DNA of 64,000 nt from a virus (taxonomy: Duplodnaviria > Caudoviricetes): IMG/VR virus record IMGVR_UViG_3300031606_000339, positions 1 through 64,000 of that record. The stretch is one strand, 5' to 3'. Below, in pieces: positions 9,194 to 17,810 of this stretch. The stretch's first letter is position 1, and each line of letters begins with the position of its first letter. The notes under the pieces are model-generated. The model was given only the letters and a program-made list of their open reading frames with translations, was not told where the DNA came from and searched no databases. The position numbers were made by a program, and so were the translations under genes.

Positions 9194-9645
9194 ATCTTGC
9201 AATGAGAGGACGTGTTTGTGGCGCTCTCGCTACCCCGAACCAATTCTGAAGAAGACCTTATTTTCTCCCCAAGACCATCAACAATTTCTATACCTAAGTC
9301 TTTACAGACTTTTGTTTCAGCCACCTCGTCGTTGAATCTATCGCCTCCATTTGCGAATATATCTGGGTTAAGCTCGGTTAAGCTTTCGCACACCGAATCG
9401 TCTTTATCTATAGCCAAAAATACTTGGTCAACGCACCTCAAGGAAGAAACAATTTTGACCCTGTCTTCTTCTGACATAAAGGCTTTGCCCTTCTTGGACT
9501 CCGCCTGCCTGTTATTATTAACGACGACGATCAGCCAATCTCCAAGAGCTTTCGCTTTTTCTAAAAGCTCGATGTGTCCGACATGCAAAGGGTCAAAATA
9601 CCCGCTTGCAACCACCGTCTTTATTGGGGGTAAATTGTATTTCAT
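9190..9645 (-). CDS. HIGH-type cytidylyl/adenylyltransferase (TagD / RfaE-II / RibL-like)
   Basis: SGYFDPLHVGH, ANGGDR and KIRSSS motifs. Confidence 0.88.
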   Translation of the reverse strand: MKYNLPPIKTVVASGYFDPLHVGHIELLEKAKALGDWLIVVVNNNRQAESKKGKAFMSEEDRVKIVSSLRCVDQVFLAIDKDDSVCESLTELNPDIFANGGDRFNDEVAETKVCKDLGIEIVDGLGEKIRSSSELVRGSESATNTSSHCKI

Positions 9646-9648
9646 AAG

Positions 9649-10185
9649 CTAACTACATTCTACTTTGTTCCAGTTGGTTAAGCCTTCTCCAGTGTTGCGG
9701 TTAAACCCGTCTTGCTCCCAGATGACAGTTCTGCCCGAGTCTCCATTGTACCAGTGATGAGCCACTTTTATTTCTACTTCTCTTTCTGGATCTCTTCTAC
9801 TGACAAAATAAATATCATAAATAGAATCTATAAGATTGGTATCATCTTTAGCCCTAACGTGCGTGTCAACGAAATCAACAGCATCATCAAATCCAGAAAA
9901 ATGTAATTTTCCACCATCCATCCATCCAGCATAGCCGTTCCAAGTAAGGTCGTTCTCCTCATCAAAAGTCATATACTCTCTTTGGTGGGCAAAGCTTCCC
10001 CTAGTGTTGTGGCTAAACGTCCATTCGCCTTGGCCGCGCTCGTAGCAATAAACTCTATAATCCCAGCGTTTCCACATGGATTCTTCCTCTGGTCCCTTCT
10101 CATCGTCCTCGTACTTGCAGGTAATTGCAATGGCCGGCAGTGCTATGGCGGGAATTGAGGTTTTGATAAAGTCTCTTCTGTTCAT
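9649..10185 (-). CDS. Twin-arginine (Tat) signal protein, possible lipoprotein
   Basis: MNRRDFIK, a hydrophobic stretch, then AITC. Confidence 0.6.
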   Translation of the reverse strand: MNRRDFIKTSIPAIALPAIAITCKYEDDEKGPEEESMWKRWDYRVYCYERGQGEWTFSHNTRGSFAHQREYMTFDEENDLTWNGYAGWMDGGKLHFSGFDDAVDFVDTHVRAKDDTNLIDSIYDIYFVSRRDPEREVEIKVAHHWYNGDSGRTVIWEQDGFNRNTGEGLTNWNKVECS

Positions 10186-10190
10186 ATCTT

Positions 10191-10760
10191 TTAGTTCTCT
10201 GGTTTATTGAGAAAATCTGAAGGTCTTAAGGGGTGAAACTGCCACTCCTGATTTTGCGACTCGCTACCGTCGCCTTTTTCTTTCCCCTTTTCCTTTCCTT
10301 TCCGTCCATTACCTTTAAGCTTGGACAGTTTTCCTAGAACGGGTTGACCGCTTCTAAGTTTACCTCTCATTTGGTTTTCTATTTGTTCGTGTAGCTCCCT
10401 ACTGTAACTCACTTGAAACAATCTTGGCTCAACCCTGCTACTCCTGTAGTCAAAAAAGTCCAACCAAGAGTCTTCTTCTCCTGAGACTGATTCAACCAAG
10501 AAATATATAGCTCCATCAGATTTCGTTTGTTTATTGGGCTCTTTTACAATTACCCAATGAATTAATACCTTTTCTGGCATATCATTTTCATTGGCTGGCC
10601 AGCCTAAATAAGAATGGATGGCCGACCAAAAAACCACGGTGAAAACACAAAACGCAGCGATACACGACGACTTGAGATACCATCTGACCGAAGACTCGGT
10701 AAGCAGCCAAAGGGTCAGGCTAACAAAAATTAAAAGTAGAACTGGCAATGCTGCGTTCAT
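10191..10760 (-). CDS. Membrane protein with two N-terminal TM helices
   Basis: Two hydrophobic helices, GWP, and EPRLF.VSYSRELHE. Confidence 0.7.
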   Translation of the reverse strand: MNAALPVLLLIFVSLTLWLLTESSVRWYLKSSCIAAFCVFTVVFWSAIHSYLGWPANENDMPEKVLIHWVIVKEPNKQTKSDGAIYFLVESVSGEEDSWLDFFDYRSSRVEPRLFQVSYSRELHEQIENQMRGKLRSGQPVLGKLSKLKGNGRKGKEKGKEKGDGSESQNQEWQFHPLRPSDFLNKPEN

Positions 10761-10763
10761 TCC

Positions 10764-10841
10764 TCATGCTCCTTTCTTTTTGTTCTTGTCTTTTTTTGGT
10801 TTTTTCTTTTCTTTTTTCGGTTTTGCTTTGTCTCTTCCCAT
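10764..10841 (-). CDS. Lys-rich micropeptide (25 aa)
   Basis: MGRDKAKPKKEKKKPKKDKNKKKGA, preceded by AAGGAG. Confidence 0.4.
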   Translation of the reverse strand: MGRDKAKPKKEKKKPKKDKNKKKGA

Positions 10842-10886
10842 AATGTTTCTCCTTATTTTATTTTATTTAAATTTCAGTTTTCATAC

Positions 10887-11039
10887 CTAGCTCGGTCTAT
10901 GTCCTGAGTCCGTCTCCTTAAGAGATCTTTCCCAAGCTTCCATTTGTTGTTCTTTGGTCAATTCTTCTTTATTAAAAAGCATATGCGAGTTTTCTTTATA
11001 GTATTCTTCTCTCCATTTTAACCATTCTTCGTAGCTCAC
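10887..11039 (-). CDS. Small hypothetical protein (50 aa, not in the ORF track)
   Basis: GTG start; SYEEWLKWREEYYKENSH... Confidence 0.45.
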   Translation of the reverse strand: MSYEEWLKWREEYYKENSHMLFNKEELTKEQQMEAWERSLKETDSGHRPS

Positions 11040-11066
11040 TTTACTTATGCCTTGACTTACGCTTGT

Positions 11067-11096
11067 CTAATAGTGTCCACTCTGACCTCCTTCTGG
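11067..11096 (-). repeat. 30-bp imperfect direct repeat, copy 2 (gene remnant encoding PEGGQSGHY*)
   Basis: 27/30 identical to 11956-11985. Confidence 0.85.
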
Positions 11097-11121
11097 AATA
11101 TCGTTCTTCGTGTTTTAATTT

Positions 11122-11955
11122 TCATTTGTTGTAAAGTGGTAAAATGTTGTCAATATATTCTTCGAATTCTCCTCGCTCTTGAAAATACTTCCTAGCATCT
11201 GGTCCCCCCGCTAGCCCTGCATCTCCGTCGCTAATTAGTTTATTCGCCTTAGTGTCTCTTGATTTTTTGAGATTTTGTATAACGCAATCAACAATTAATT
11301 TTTTATTATTATGTTTTATATTGTTAAAAGAAAAATATCTTGCATCCAAAAGGCAAGCGTCTAATGACCCGCCCAAAAAATAAACAGTCTGATATTTCTG
11401 AGGATCAAATACATTATTTTTATTATTATATTTAAATTTACAGCCTATTTTTTTTTCTATTTCTTCTACTCTCAATTTCTCGCCGTTGAACAAAGACCAA
11501 TTTAAATAACATTTTTCAAAGTCGCGTGCCCGCCGCTTGCCTTGGTGGTCTCTGTCGTCCAAAAAAAAAGTAGGTCTCGACTTTCGGGACGTGTTCTGCC
11601 AAGGCACTCTGCCGTCTTTATAAAGCATTGTGTAGTTCGCGTTAATTATCGGTATCCCACGTTCTCCGCAGAGTATTAATGCTTTTTTTATGTTTAGTAT
11701 TTTGGAGCGTATCCACTCAGCATAGTACTTGAGAAATGTATTATTTATTTTTTGATTTTCTTCTTTGTAAAATCTATTTCGTGGCAGTGGCTCGTCTGGA
11801 GCCGGAACCGACATCCTTCGCAGGAATTCTCCGCCTAGATCAACAGCAATCAAACAAGCATTGCTTTTGTCAGAAGTAAAGTCATTGACCGTTGCCGTAT
11901 CGCAGTAATATTTCCCCGCAACGTTGTCTTCATATTTGTCTTCTTTAAATGCCAT
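11122..11955 (-). CDS. Isochorismatase/cysteine-hydrolase-like protein with a ferredoxin-like N-terminal remnant
   Basis: CLIAVD and YFLGGSLDAC; first 20 aa MAFKEDKYEDNVAGKYYCDT. Confidence 0.45.
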   Translation of the reverse strand: MAFKEDKYEDNVAGKYYCDTATVNDFTSDKSNACLIAVDLGGEFLRRMSVPAPDEPLPRNRFYKEENQKINNTFLKYYAEWIRSKILNIKKALILCGERGIPIINANYTMLYKDGRVPWQNTSRKSRPTFFLDDRDHQGKRRARDFEKCYLNWSLFNGEKLRVEEIEKKIGCKFKYNNKNNVFDPQKYQTVYFLGGSLDACLLDARYFSFNNIKHNNKKLIVDCVIQNLKKSRDTKANKLISDGDAGLAGGPDARKYFQERGEFEEYIDNILPLYNK

Positions 11956-12153
11956 TTAATAGTGTCCTCCCTGACCTCCTTCTGGCGCTAGTTTATTTAA
12001 ATTATCTTCTTTAGTTTTTAAATATTTTTGGTAACATCTTTCCAACTCATTTTCTACATTAAAGTCTAGTTCCCTATCCATACCTGTCTCGGCAAACATT
12101 ATAGACAGCTCTTCTTCGTTTTTCTCACACCATTCTTCAAATTCTATTTTCAT
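11956..12153 (-). CDS. Small acidic hypothetical protein (its 3' end is repeat copy 1)
   Basis: Ends PEGGQGGHY*. Confidence 0.65.
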   Translation of the reverse strand: MKIEFEEWCEKNEEELSIMFAETGMDRELDFNVENELERCYQKYLKTKEDNLNKLAPEGGQGGHY

Positions 12154-12197
12154 GTTTATCCTATCGACATATTACTCGGACGTATCCTTTAAAGTCT

Positions 12198-12467
12198 TTA
12201 ATTCATACCCGTCTTCCAATAATCATACTTGTTAAAAGCTTTTGTCATAATCTCTAGTATGTAATTTCCCATGCCTTTTTTAGTGACTCGCTTGCGACCC
12301 TTTGCTTTTTTGTATGACTCGCCAAGCGCTTTATTTGCATCAAAGGTCATTATACAATCACCGTCTGGTTGATCCTTCATGCTGTGAATATAGATTCTCG
12401 GGAAGTCACTCGACATGACCTCTTCAAGAGTTCCATCATTTAATTTGACTTCATTTTTTTTCTTCAT
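12198..12467 (-). CDS. Hypothetical protein
   Basis: ORF track. Confidence 0.6.
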   Translation of the reverse strand: MKKKNEVKLNDGTLEEVMSSDFPRIYIHSMKDQPDGDCIMTFDANKALGESYKKAKGRKRVTKKGMGNYILEIMTKAFNKYDYWKTGMN

Positions 12468-12468
12468 A

Positions 12469-13086
12469 TTAAAATTTTAACCAACGCTCAACCTTCCACG
12501 AAACCAATTCGCCTGTCCACTCGTGAATCCTTCTGCCCCCACGAAATACCCAACCTACTAGTCTATTCCAATACTTGAAGCAGTATTTGTATCTCCATTT
12601 TTTCCTGTATTCTTTTCGGGCTTTTGCTTTTTCTTTCCATTTCTTAGTGTTGGCTTTGCTCTCCGTATTGTCTTCAAGCCTGTATTCCGTTAGCTGCACG
12701 TCTCCTTGTACTTCTCCATTTTTTACATGGACGCTATAATCTACCCAAGCATCATGCGTACTGTCTACATCGTCAAGAAGGTCGTAGAACCTAATATAGC
12801 CTGTAAAATTGCCCTTGACCCACTCATGGCTCTTTTCTTCCATAGCCCACATGGGACTCCAAAACCCACCGCTGTCTCTATCCTTCTTTTCCTCTTCGGT
12901 TAGTTCTCTTTCCTCGTACTCTGCCTTTCTCTCGTATAAGACTTTGTCTTTACCAATCTTATACCCTATAAGAGCGTTAGCCAAGCTCTTAGTTTGGAAT
13001 TGGTAGTCATACCTAAAAGTAGGTATAGTATTCGCGCCACCTCGCGGTAGTGGCATTTCGCAACTTATATAATCAAACATCCCCAT
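12469..13086 (-). CDS. Phage hypothetical protein (MGMFD family), paralog of 20834-21379
   Basis: Shared M.MFD.....PLP, Q..SL, Y.I..D and FTG..RFY. Confidence 0.7.
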   Translation of the reverse strand: MGMFDYISCEMPLPRGGANTIPTFRYDYQFQTKSLANALIGYKIGKDKVLYERKAEYEERELTEEEKKDRDSGGFWSPMWAMEEKSHEWVKGNFTGYIRFYDLLDDVDSTHDAWVDYSVHVKNGEVQGDVQLTEYRLEDNTESKANTKKWKEKAKARKEYRKKWRYKYCFKYWNRLVGWVFRGGRRIHEWTGELVSWKVERWLKF

Positions 13087-13088
13087 AA

Positions 13089-13316
13089 TTAATATCCATT
13101 CTGTCTTATCACTGTAACACCAATCCCAAGGATTCTTAAGCTAAAAGTCCAATAATATTCATCTTCTACATACAAACAACATTCCGTAGGAAAACCAAAA
13201 CCGTATTTTAACCCGCTCAGGGAATGCTTCGGCGCAAATCTTTTCCCCATCCACGGGAAATTGATATGGATTTCCCAATAGTCGTGCCACTGTTTTTCTT
13301 TTTTGTAAAGTCTCAT
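13089..13316 (-). CDS. Hypothetical protein
   Basis: ORF track; packed. Confidence 0.55.
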   Translation of the reverse strand: MRLYKKEKQWHDYWEIHINFPWMGKRFAPKHSLSGLKYGFGFPTECCLYVEDEYYWTFSLRILGIGVTVIRQNGY

Positions 13317-13528
13317 TTTAAATATTTTTCAGGACTTTTATTAAATTTTTTAATGCAGGGGCTACAACAGAACTTAATCTTTTTCCCCTTGTGGACAATG
13401 CTCACAGGTGTTCCCATCGAACCTAATTTATTTCCCGACACGACACAAACATCACCTCCATAAGGGAGAACTTTTGTCGTGGGACAAGCCGTTGATAGGG
13501 CTGCTATAATTATTAATAAATATTTCAT
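13313..13528 (-). CDS. YHS/TRASH-like metal-binding lipoprotein
   Basis: Lipobox-like STAC; CVVSG.KLGSMG...KFCC.PC.KKF...PEKYL. Confidence 0.75.
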   Translation of the reverse strand: MKYLLIIIAALSTACPTTKVLPYGGDVCVVSGNKLGSMGTPVSIVHKGKKIKFCCSPCIKKFNKSPEKYLK

Positions 13529-13884
13529 TTCTTCTTTAGCCGTTCTTGTTCTTGCTTCTGTCGGGCTTTTATTTTGTTGAATTCATACTCTTCTAGGGAG
13601 TTGCGTTCATCTGTGAGCCTGTTTAGGCGTCCCACGATGCCGTTTAAGGCGTCTTTGAGCATTTCTGGTGGCACACTGGCGTCTTTTGGTAATTCATCCA
13701 ATTTATGCAGAAAATTACAGGTTTCATTAAATGTTTCTTTATCGCCCCAAAAGTATCCCTCTCGATGGCGGGGCACGTTTTTGTTTTCCCACTGATGCTG
13801 ACCCCACTCTTCGTTGTCCAAATTGCTTTCCCAAGGGTCGTTGTGCTTGGCAGAGTTCGGGTTGTAGTTTTGTTCGTTATTCAT
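13525..13884 (-). CDS. Hypothetical protein
   Basis: ORF track. Confidence 0.6.
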   Translation of the reverse strand: MNNEQNYNPNSAKHNDPWESNLDNEEWGQHQWENKNVPRHREGYFWGDKETFNETCNFLHKLDELPKDASVPPEMLKDALNGIVGRLNRLTDERNSLEEYEFNKIKARQKQEQERLKKK

Positions 13885-13918
13885 TTTGTCCCAACCGTAA
13901 AGGAATCCTTGTCAGTTG

Positions 13919-14605
13919 CTAATCCCACAAATTCAAATAATATTTACCAAACAAGTCCAGCCCTTCTTGAACTCTCTCGCTGTGCTTCTCGCATGGTGTC
14001 CAGTCCCATTTTCTCTCATCCAACCCCTCGTACCCAACGCTACCGTCGCTATATGTAGTCTTCTTGTGTCTTGGATCGTAGTCTTTGGGCTTAATTGGGC
14101 TAATTGAATCATCCCAGTGCTTGAATGACCAAATCATCTTATCCAAAGTCTTCTCCCAGCTACGCATAGCCCTGTCCATAGCTAATTCTCTCTCCTGTTC
14201 GGATAATTCGGAGTCGGCGTTGTGATCGTAATCCTCTGCGAACATCTCGGTAGGACAACCGTTAAGGTTATTTCGGAGGTGCTTCAAGCGAGGCACAACC
14301 ATCTCAGCGTTCCAACTTTGAAAATTCCACGCTTGTTCGTGCGGAAAACCCGTTCGCCAAGTCTCGCGTTTCTTGCGCCACCAATACTCAACCGCTTCAT
14401 ACTTCCATTTGAATCGCCACCAAACTAGCGCGTACCAAGGAATTTTTGACCTATCGCCGATGTCTTCCATGAATCGTTCAACGATCTCTTCTTTTACGAT
14501 TGTCCTTTCTTCTTTTCCCATTTTTTCGTACTCCGCTAATCTTCTAAAAAGCTCGGGATATTCGTCGAGAGTCTCTTCACAAATTTTCTTTATGTCTTTC
14601 TTCAT
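13919..14605 (-). CDS. Phage hypothetical protein
   Basis: W...LDKMIWSF...QEGLDLFGKYY..LWD C-terminus, recalled as common in phages. Confidence 0.65.
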   Translation of the reverse strand: MKKDIKKICEETLDEYPELFRRLAEYEKMGKEERTIVKEEIVERFMEDIGDRSKIPWYALVWWRFKWKYEAVEYWWRKKRETWRTGFPHEQAWNFQSWNAEMVVPRLKHLRNNLNGCPTEMFAEDYDHNADSELSEQERELAMDRAMRSWEKTLDKMIWSFKHWDDSISPIKPKDYDPRHKKTTYSDGSVGYEGLDERKWDWTPCEKHSERVQEGLDLFGKYYLNLWD

Positions 14606-14864
14606 CGCTTGTCTGATAAATGCTTTCGAGCATCGTTGCTTGGTCGTTTCTTCTGCCCAACCCGAGTTGCCACGCAAGTTCTTCATCGAGGTATCCCGCG
14701 ATGCTCTCGTTATGAAATCCCCACGCTTGCAAGGCTTTCACTACTTGTCCCATTGTCTCACCAATATCCAAGTCGTCGCTGGCGATGCTTACACTTACCG
14801 TTGAGTGCATGGTGTCTACGGTCGATATTGGGAGTTGTTCGGTTGGTTCAATTGTTATTTTCAT
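14577..14864 (-). CDS. Hypothetical protein
   Basis: ORF track. Confidence 0.55.
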   Translation of the reverse strand: MKITIEPTEQLPISTVDTMHSTVSVSIASDDLDIGETMGQVVKALQAWGFHNESIAGYLDEELAWQLGLGRRNDQATMLESIYQTSDEERHKENL

Positions 14865-14865
14865 A

Positions 14866-15111
14866 TTATTCCTTCACCATGAATTTGTCTATATCGTCGC
14901 TTCCTTCTTCAGCAAGTTTATCAAATCTTTCGAGGGTCATCGCCTCTTGCCTATCGGGTGTGTAGACCCAGCCTTCTCCTAATTCCTCTAGCCTATCTGC
15001 TGCCTCAAGAATAGCTGCGGTTGTAACACCTTCGGGGTCATCGATTCCGCCGTTTGCGATGAGGCGTAGGGCTTCAATTAGGGTTTTGGTGCTGGATTTA
15101 ATTTCTTTCAT
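14866..15111 (-). CDS. Hypothetical protein
   Basis: ORF track; EAADRLEEL. Confidence 0.6.
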   Translation of the reverse strand: MKEIKSSTKTLIEALRLIANGGIDDPEGVTTAAILEAADRLEELGEGWVYTPDRQEAMTLERFDKLAEEGSDDIDKFMVKE

Positions 15112-15388
15112 CTTTATCCATTTCTCTTACTGGCTCGCCTACATTGAGCAGAATCCACGACGCAAGTTCTATAGCTTTTTCTTTATTTAGAATAACCTGA
15201 TCTTCATAATAGTTACCTTTGAATAGGGCTAAATAGCACAGTTTTAGTCGCATCCGCCAAGATAATTTGATGGGGTCGATACCCTGACGCCAGTAACTAA
15301 AGTATAGTTCTTCTTCATTGTCGAACTTGGTGATCAGTAAGCCTTCGCCATAACAGTCACATTGAATGAATTTGTGTTTATCAGCCAT
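15098..15388 (-). CDS. Hypothetical protein
   Basis: FIQCDC motif; packed. Confidence 0.6.
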   Translation of the reverse strand: MADKHKFIQCDCYGEGLLITKFDNEEELYFSYWRQGIDPIKLSWRMRLKLCYLALFKGNYYEDQVILNKEKAIELASWILLNVGEPVREMDKDERN

Positions 15389-15389
15389 A

Positions 15390-15734
15390 TTATTTAGCGT
15401 CAACCTTTAGAGGCTTGTATCCTTCCTTTTCTTTTAGCTTTTGAAGCTCGAGCTTTAATTCTGCTAAAGCTTCCTGAAGATACTCAATACGGAGGTCTTG
15501 CTTGGCGTCGTCTGGTAAGGCTCCGAGTTCGCCTCTTGGCCACTTAATTCTAAATTCGCTGTTCATCTTAACAGCGTCTTGCATACGAATTACATCTAAT
15601 TGTAACTGTGAGAGTTGAGCGGTTAGAGAGAACCATACTCCCGCAATAGCTAGTATGCCTACGACAATACCTACTAGAGTCTTTACGTCTAGGTTTATCT
15701 GTGAGGATTCTTTGATGTTTATGTTTTTGCTCAT
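15390..15734 (-). CDS. Single-TM coiled-coil protein
   Basis: TM helix followed by KWPRGELGALPDDA.QD. Confidence 0.7.
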   Translation of the reverse strand: MSKNINIKESSQINLDVKTLVGIVVGILAIAGVWFSLTAQLSQLQLDVIRMQDAVKMNSEFRIKWPRGELGALPDDAKQDLRIEYLQEALAELKLELQKLKEKEGYKPLKVDAK

Positions 15735-15813
15735 CTTTTTATTTTAAACGCTATATACCAAACACCCGCAGCAATTATATAAAAAGGTATTTGTAGTAAT
15801 AAAAGGTATTCAA

Positions 15814-15999
15814 TCATTTTTTTAAAATTCTAATTAGTAAAAGAACGGCTATCACTATTAACGTCCATTTAATACAAAGCAAAGCCTCGGTGACCTCTGG
15901 GGGCGTCACTATTTCAATGTTGGGGTTAACTTCAACGTTAGGGTTAATTTCGACCTTAATCGGTGTCCCAACTATTCCATCTATTATACCTGTTCTCAT
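15814..15999 (-). CDS. Small C-terminally anchored membrane protein
   Basis: ATGA overlap; EINPNVEVNPNIE repeat and a C-terminal TM. Confidence 0.55.
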   Translation of the reverse strand: MRTGIIDGIVGTPIKVEINPNVEVNPNIEIVTPPEVTEALLCIKWTLIVIAVLLLIRILKK

Positions 16000-16241
16000 T
16001 TTCTTGAGAGCGGAGTCCCGCATCTTTGCTTTACTTGTATCCAATATAGCAGTGTGCTGCTGCCATGCCCAAATCCATTTGGTAGTCGCACATAATCTTT
16101 TGTTTGTATCTCTGGCGGCTTACCCCAATACGTAGGGAAAGCTTTACCGCTTGGGCTTAAGTGAATCGCCTCTTCGCACGTAAAACAACAACAACCAGTC
16201 AAGTAAAGCGCTAGCAATAAAATTGATAAAGTCGTTTTCAT
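15996..16241 (-). CDS. Lipoprotein
   Basis: Lipobox LTGC. Confidence 0.7.
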   Translation of the reverse strand: MKTTLSILLLALYLTGCCCFTCEEAIHLSPSGKAFPTYWGKPPEIQTKDYVRLPNGFGHGSSTLLYWIQVKQRCGTPLSRK

Positions 16242-16252
16242 AATTTATTTCT

Positions 16253-16849
16253 TCATTCTAGTGGGTTTAATAAGGTCGCTGGTAATTCGTTTATTTCTAT
16301 AACTTCTCCATTTTCGTCGGTCCTAAATCTAAACGCGGTTTTTTCGTCTCCCGTAGCCTGAAGCATCTTCTTTTTTATCACTATCTCCTTGTAAGGCTTA
16401 ATCTTTACAAGGGTAATCGTCGCTTCTATGGGTTCTTCGCCCGCCTTCCTGTAGACATGGACGTTTACTATGTTCTCGCCTCGCGTCGCTCCTCGAAACG
16501 CGACGATTTCCTCGTTGAACCCAACAACCTTACCTTCTGCGCTTTCTTCCAAGCTGTTGTTTCTGGATTTTCCTAGTGCGTCATGATTCAAGCTGACTAA
16601 GCTCCCCTCGCCGCCCTCTCTGTTATTAAAGCTTACTACGTGACCGGACGCGGCTTGAACATAAAGGTCTAAATCATCTTCGCTGTTTCCGTCCCACGTC
16701 AATATCACTTCATACAAAGTATTTGGTGGTCGTGTTTTAGTTTTCTCTTCTTCCGTTTTTAGCAAAAAAAGGATAGCTACCAACATTAATAAACAACAAA
16801 AAAGAGTATCAATGAAGGGTCGAAATGTAAAGTACCTTCTAATTTTCAT
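16253..16849 (-). CDS. ExbD/TolR/MotB-type TM anchor fused to a DLDL beta-domain (YfaP/DUF2135-like)
   Basis: PFIDTLF TM with the conserved Asp; LTWD....DLDLYV; N.E.V...G.G...VNVH.Y. Confidence 0.65.
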   Translation of the reverse strand: MKIRRYFTFRPFIDTLFCCLLMLVAILFLLKTEEEKTKTRPPNTLYEVILTWDGNSEDDLDLYVQAASGHVVSFNNREGGEGSLVSLNHDALGKSRNNSLEESAEGKVVGFNEEIVAFRGATRGENIVNVHVYRKAGEEPIEATITLVKIKPYKEIVIKKKMLQATGDEKTAFRFRTDENGEVIEINELPATLLNPLE

Positions 16850-16852
16850 GAC

Positions 16853-17332
16853 TTACTCTTCTAGCTTAAATTTTAAAATCATCAACTGTACTTGCAGGGG
16901 CAAACTGAAAACAATGCCGCAAATAGTAGTATAAAATGCTGTGTTAAGTCCGACTTTTAACCCAGATACGATATCCGTTACTTGGCTTCCTTCGACAAGA
17001 CTCGTGGCCGTTGCCACGCAAAGACCGAAGATAGTGCCCAACAGCCCAAGAGAAAAGAAATGCTCCGCAGCAAACCAACCCACGTCAGAGCGTTTTGCTA
17101 GGTAGTCTTTCTCTTTTTGAGCCTTGTCCTCGTCCTTCGTGCTGATTTTGTCAGAGAGATAGCATAATCTACCTACGAACGCCGACACTCCGACGTAAAG
17201 CCCCATGATTAAGATCGTAATATGGGAAACATCGCCGTTAATCATCGTTGAAATTGCGGCTTTTTGCTCAGCGAAAAAGACGGCTGTGAGCATTACCGCG
17301 TTTAGGAGAAACCATTTTGTAAAAGTAGTCAT
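16853..17332 (-). CDS. MotA/TolQ/ExbB proton-channel family protein
   Basis: LGLLGTIFGL and GLNTAFYTTICGIV signature helices. Confidence 0.85.
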   Translation of the reverse strand: MTTFTKWFLLNAVMLTAVFFAEQKAAISTMINGDVSHITILIMGLYVGVSAFVGRLCYLSDKISTKDEDKAQKEKDYLAKRSDVGWFAAEHFFSLGLLGTIFGLCVATATSLVEGSQVTDIVSGLKVGLNTAFYTTICGIVFSLPLQVQLMILKFKLEE

Positions 17333-17350
17333 TTGTTTATAGTATAGTTA

Positions 17351-17809
17351 TTATTTTTGATTCCATTGTGCGTTTGCCATTTTCCCTTCGATCATTACCG
17401 CTAAGCTTTCCCAAGTGTCGTCGACGTTTCTATCTGTATTTAGGGCAAATCTGGGGTTTCCCATCTCAAAGTCTTCAACATGATATTCTTTTCTGAGGTC
17501 TCTATTCGAAGTAAGCAGGATTTCTAAAACTTGCCCTTGGTTGTTCTTCTTTAATTCGCTCCTAAGCTCTTCGTAGGGATTAACTAAGGTTAACACTACG
17601 TCTCCCTCTTGGGTTTTGTTAAGGTAGGTGGCTACTGCGTTGGCCGCTCTAATATTCTCCTCTCTTCCATTCTTGCCGTAGTTCTTATTTGAGAACATAG
17701 CTCTAAACTCGTCTCCATCAATATGAAACGTAGTCATAAGCTTGGACGCGAGTTTTCTGCCTAGAACGGTTTTTCCTGACGCTGGCTGCCCGTATAATAG
17801 ATAAATCAT
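17351..17809 (-). CDS. cysC: Adenylyl-sulfate (APS) kinase-like P-loop kinase
   Basis: GQPASGKT, IDGDEFR, Y...GREENIR and VNPY...R motifs. Confidence 0.7.
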   Translation of the reverse strand: MIYLLYGQPASGKTVLGRKLASKLMTTFHIDGDEFRAMFSNKNYGKNGREENIRAANAVATYLNKTQEGDVVLTLVNPYEELRSELKKNNQGQVLEILLTSNRDLRKEYHVEDFEMGNPRFALNTDRNVDDTWESLAVMIEGKMANAQWNQK

Positions 17810-17810
17810 G

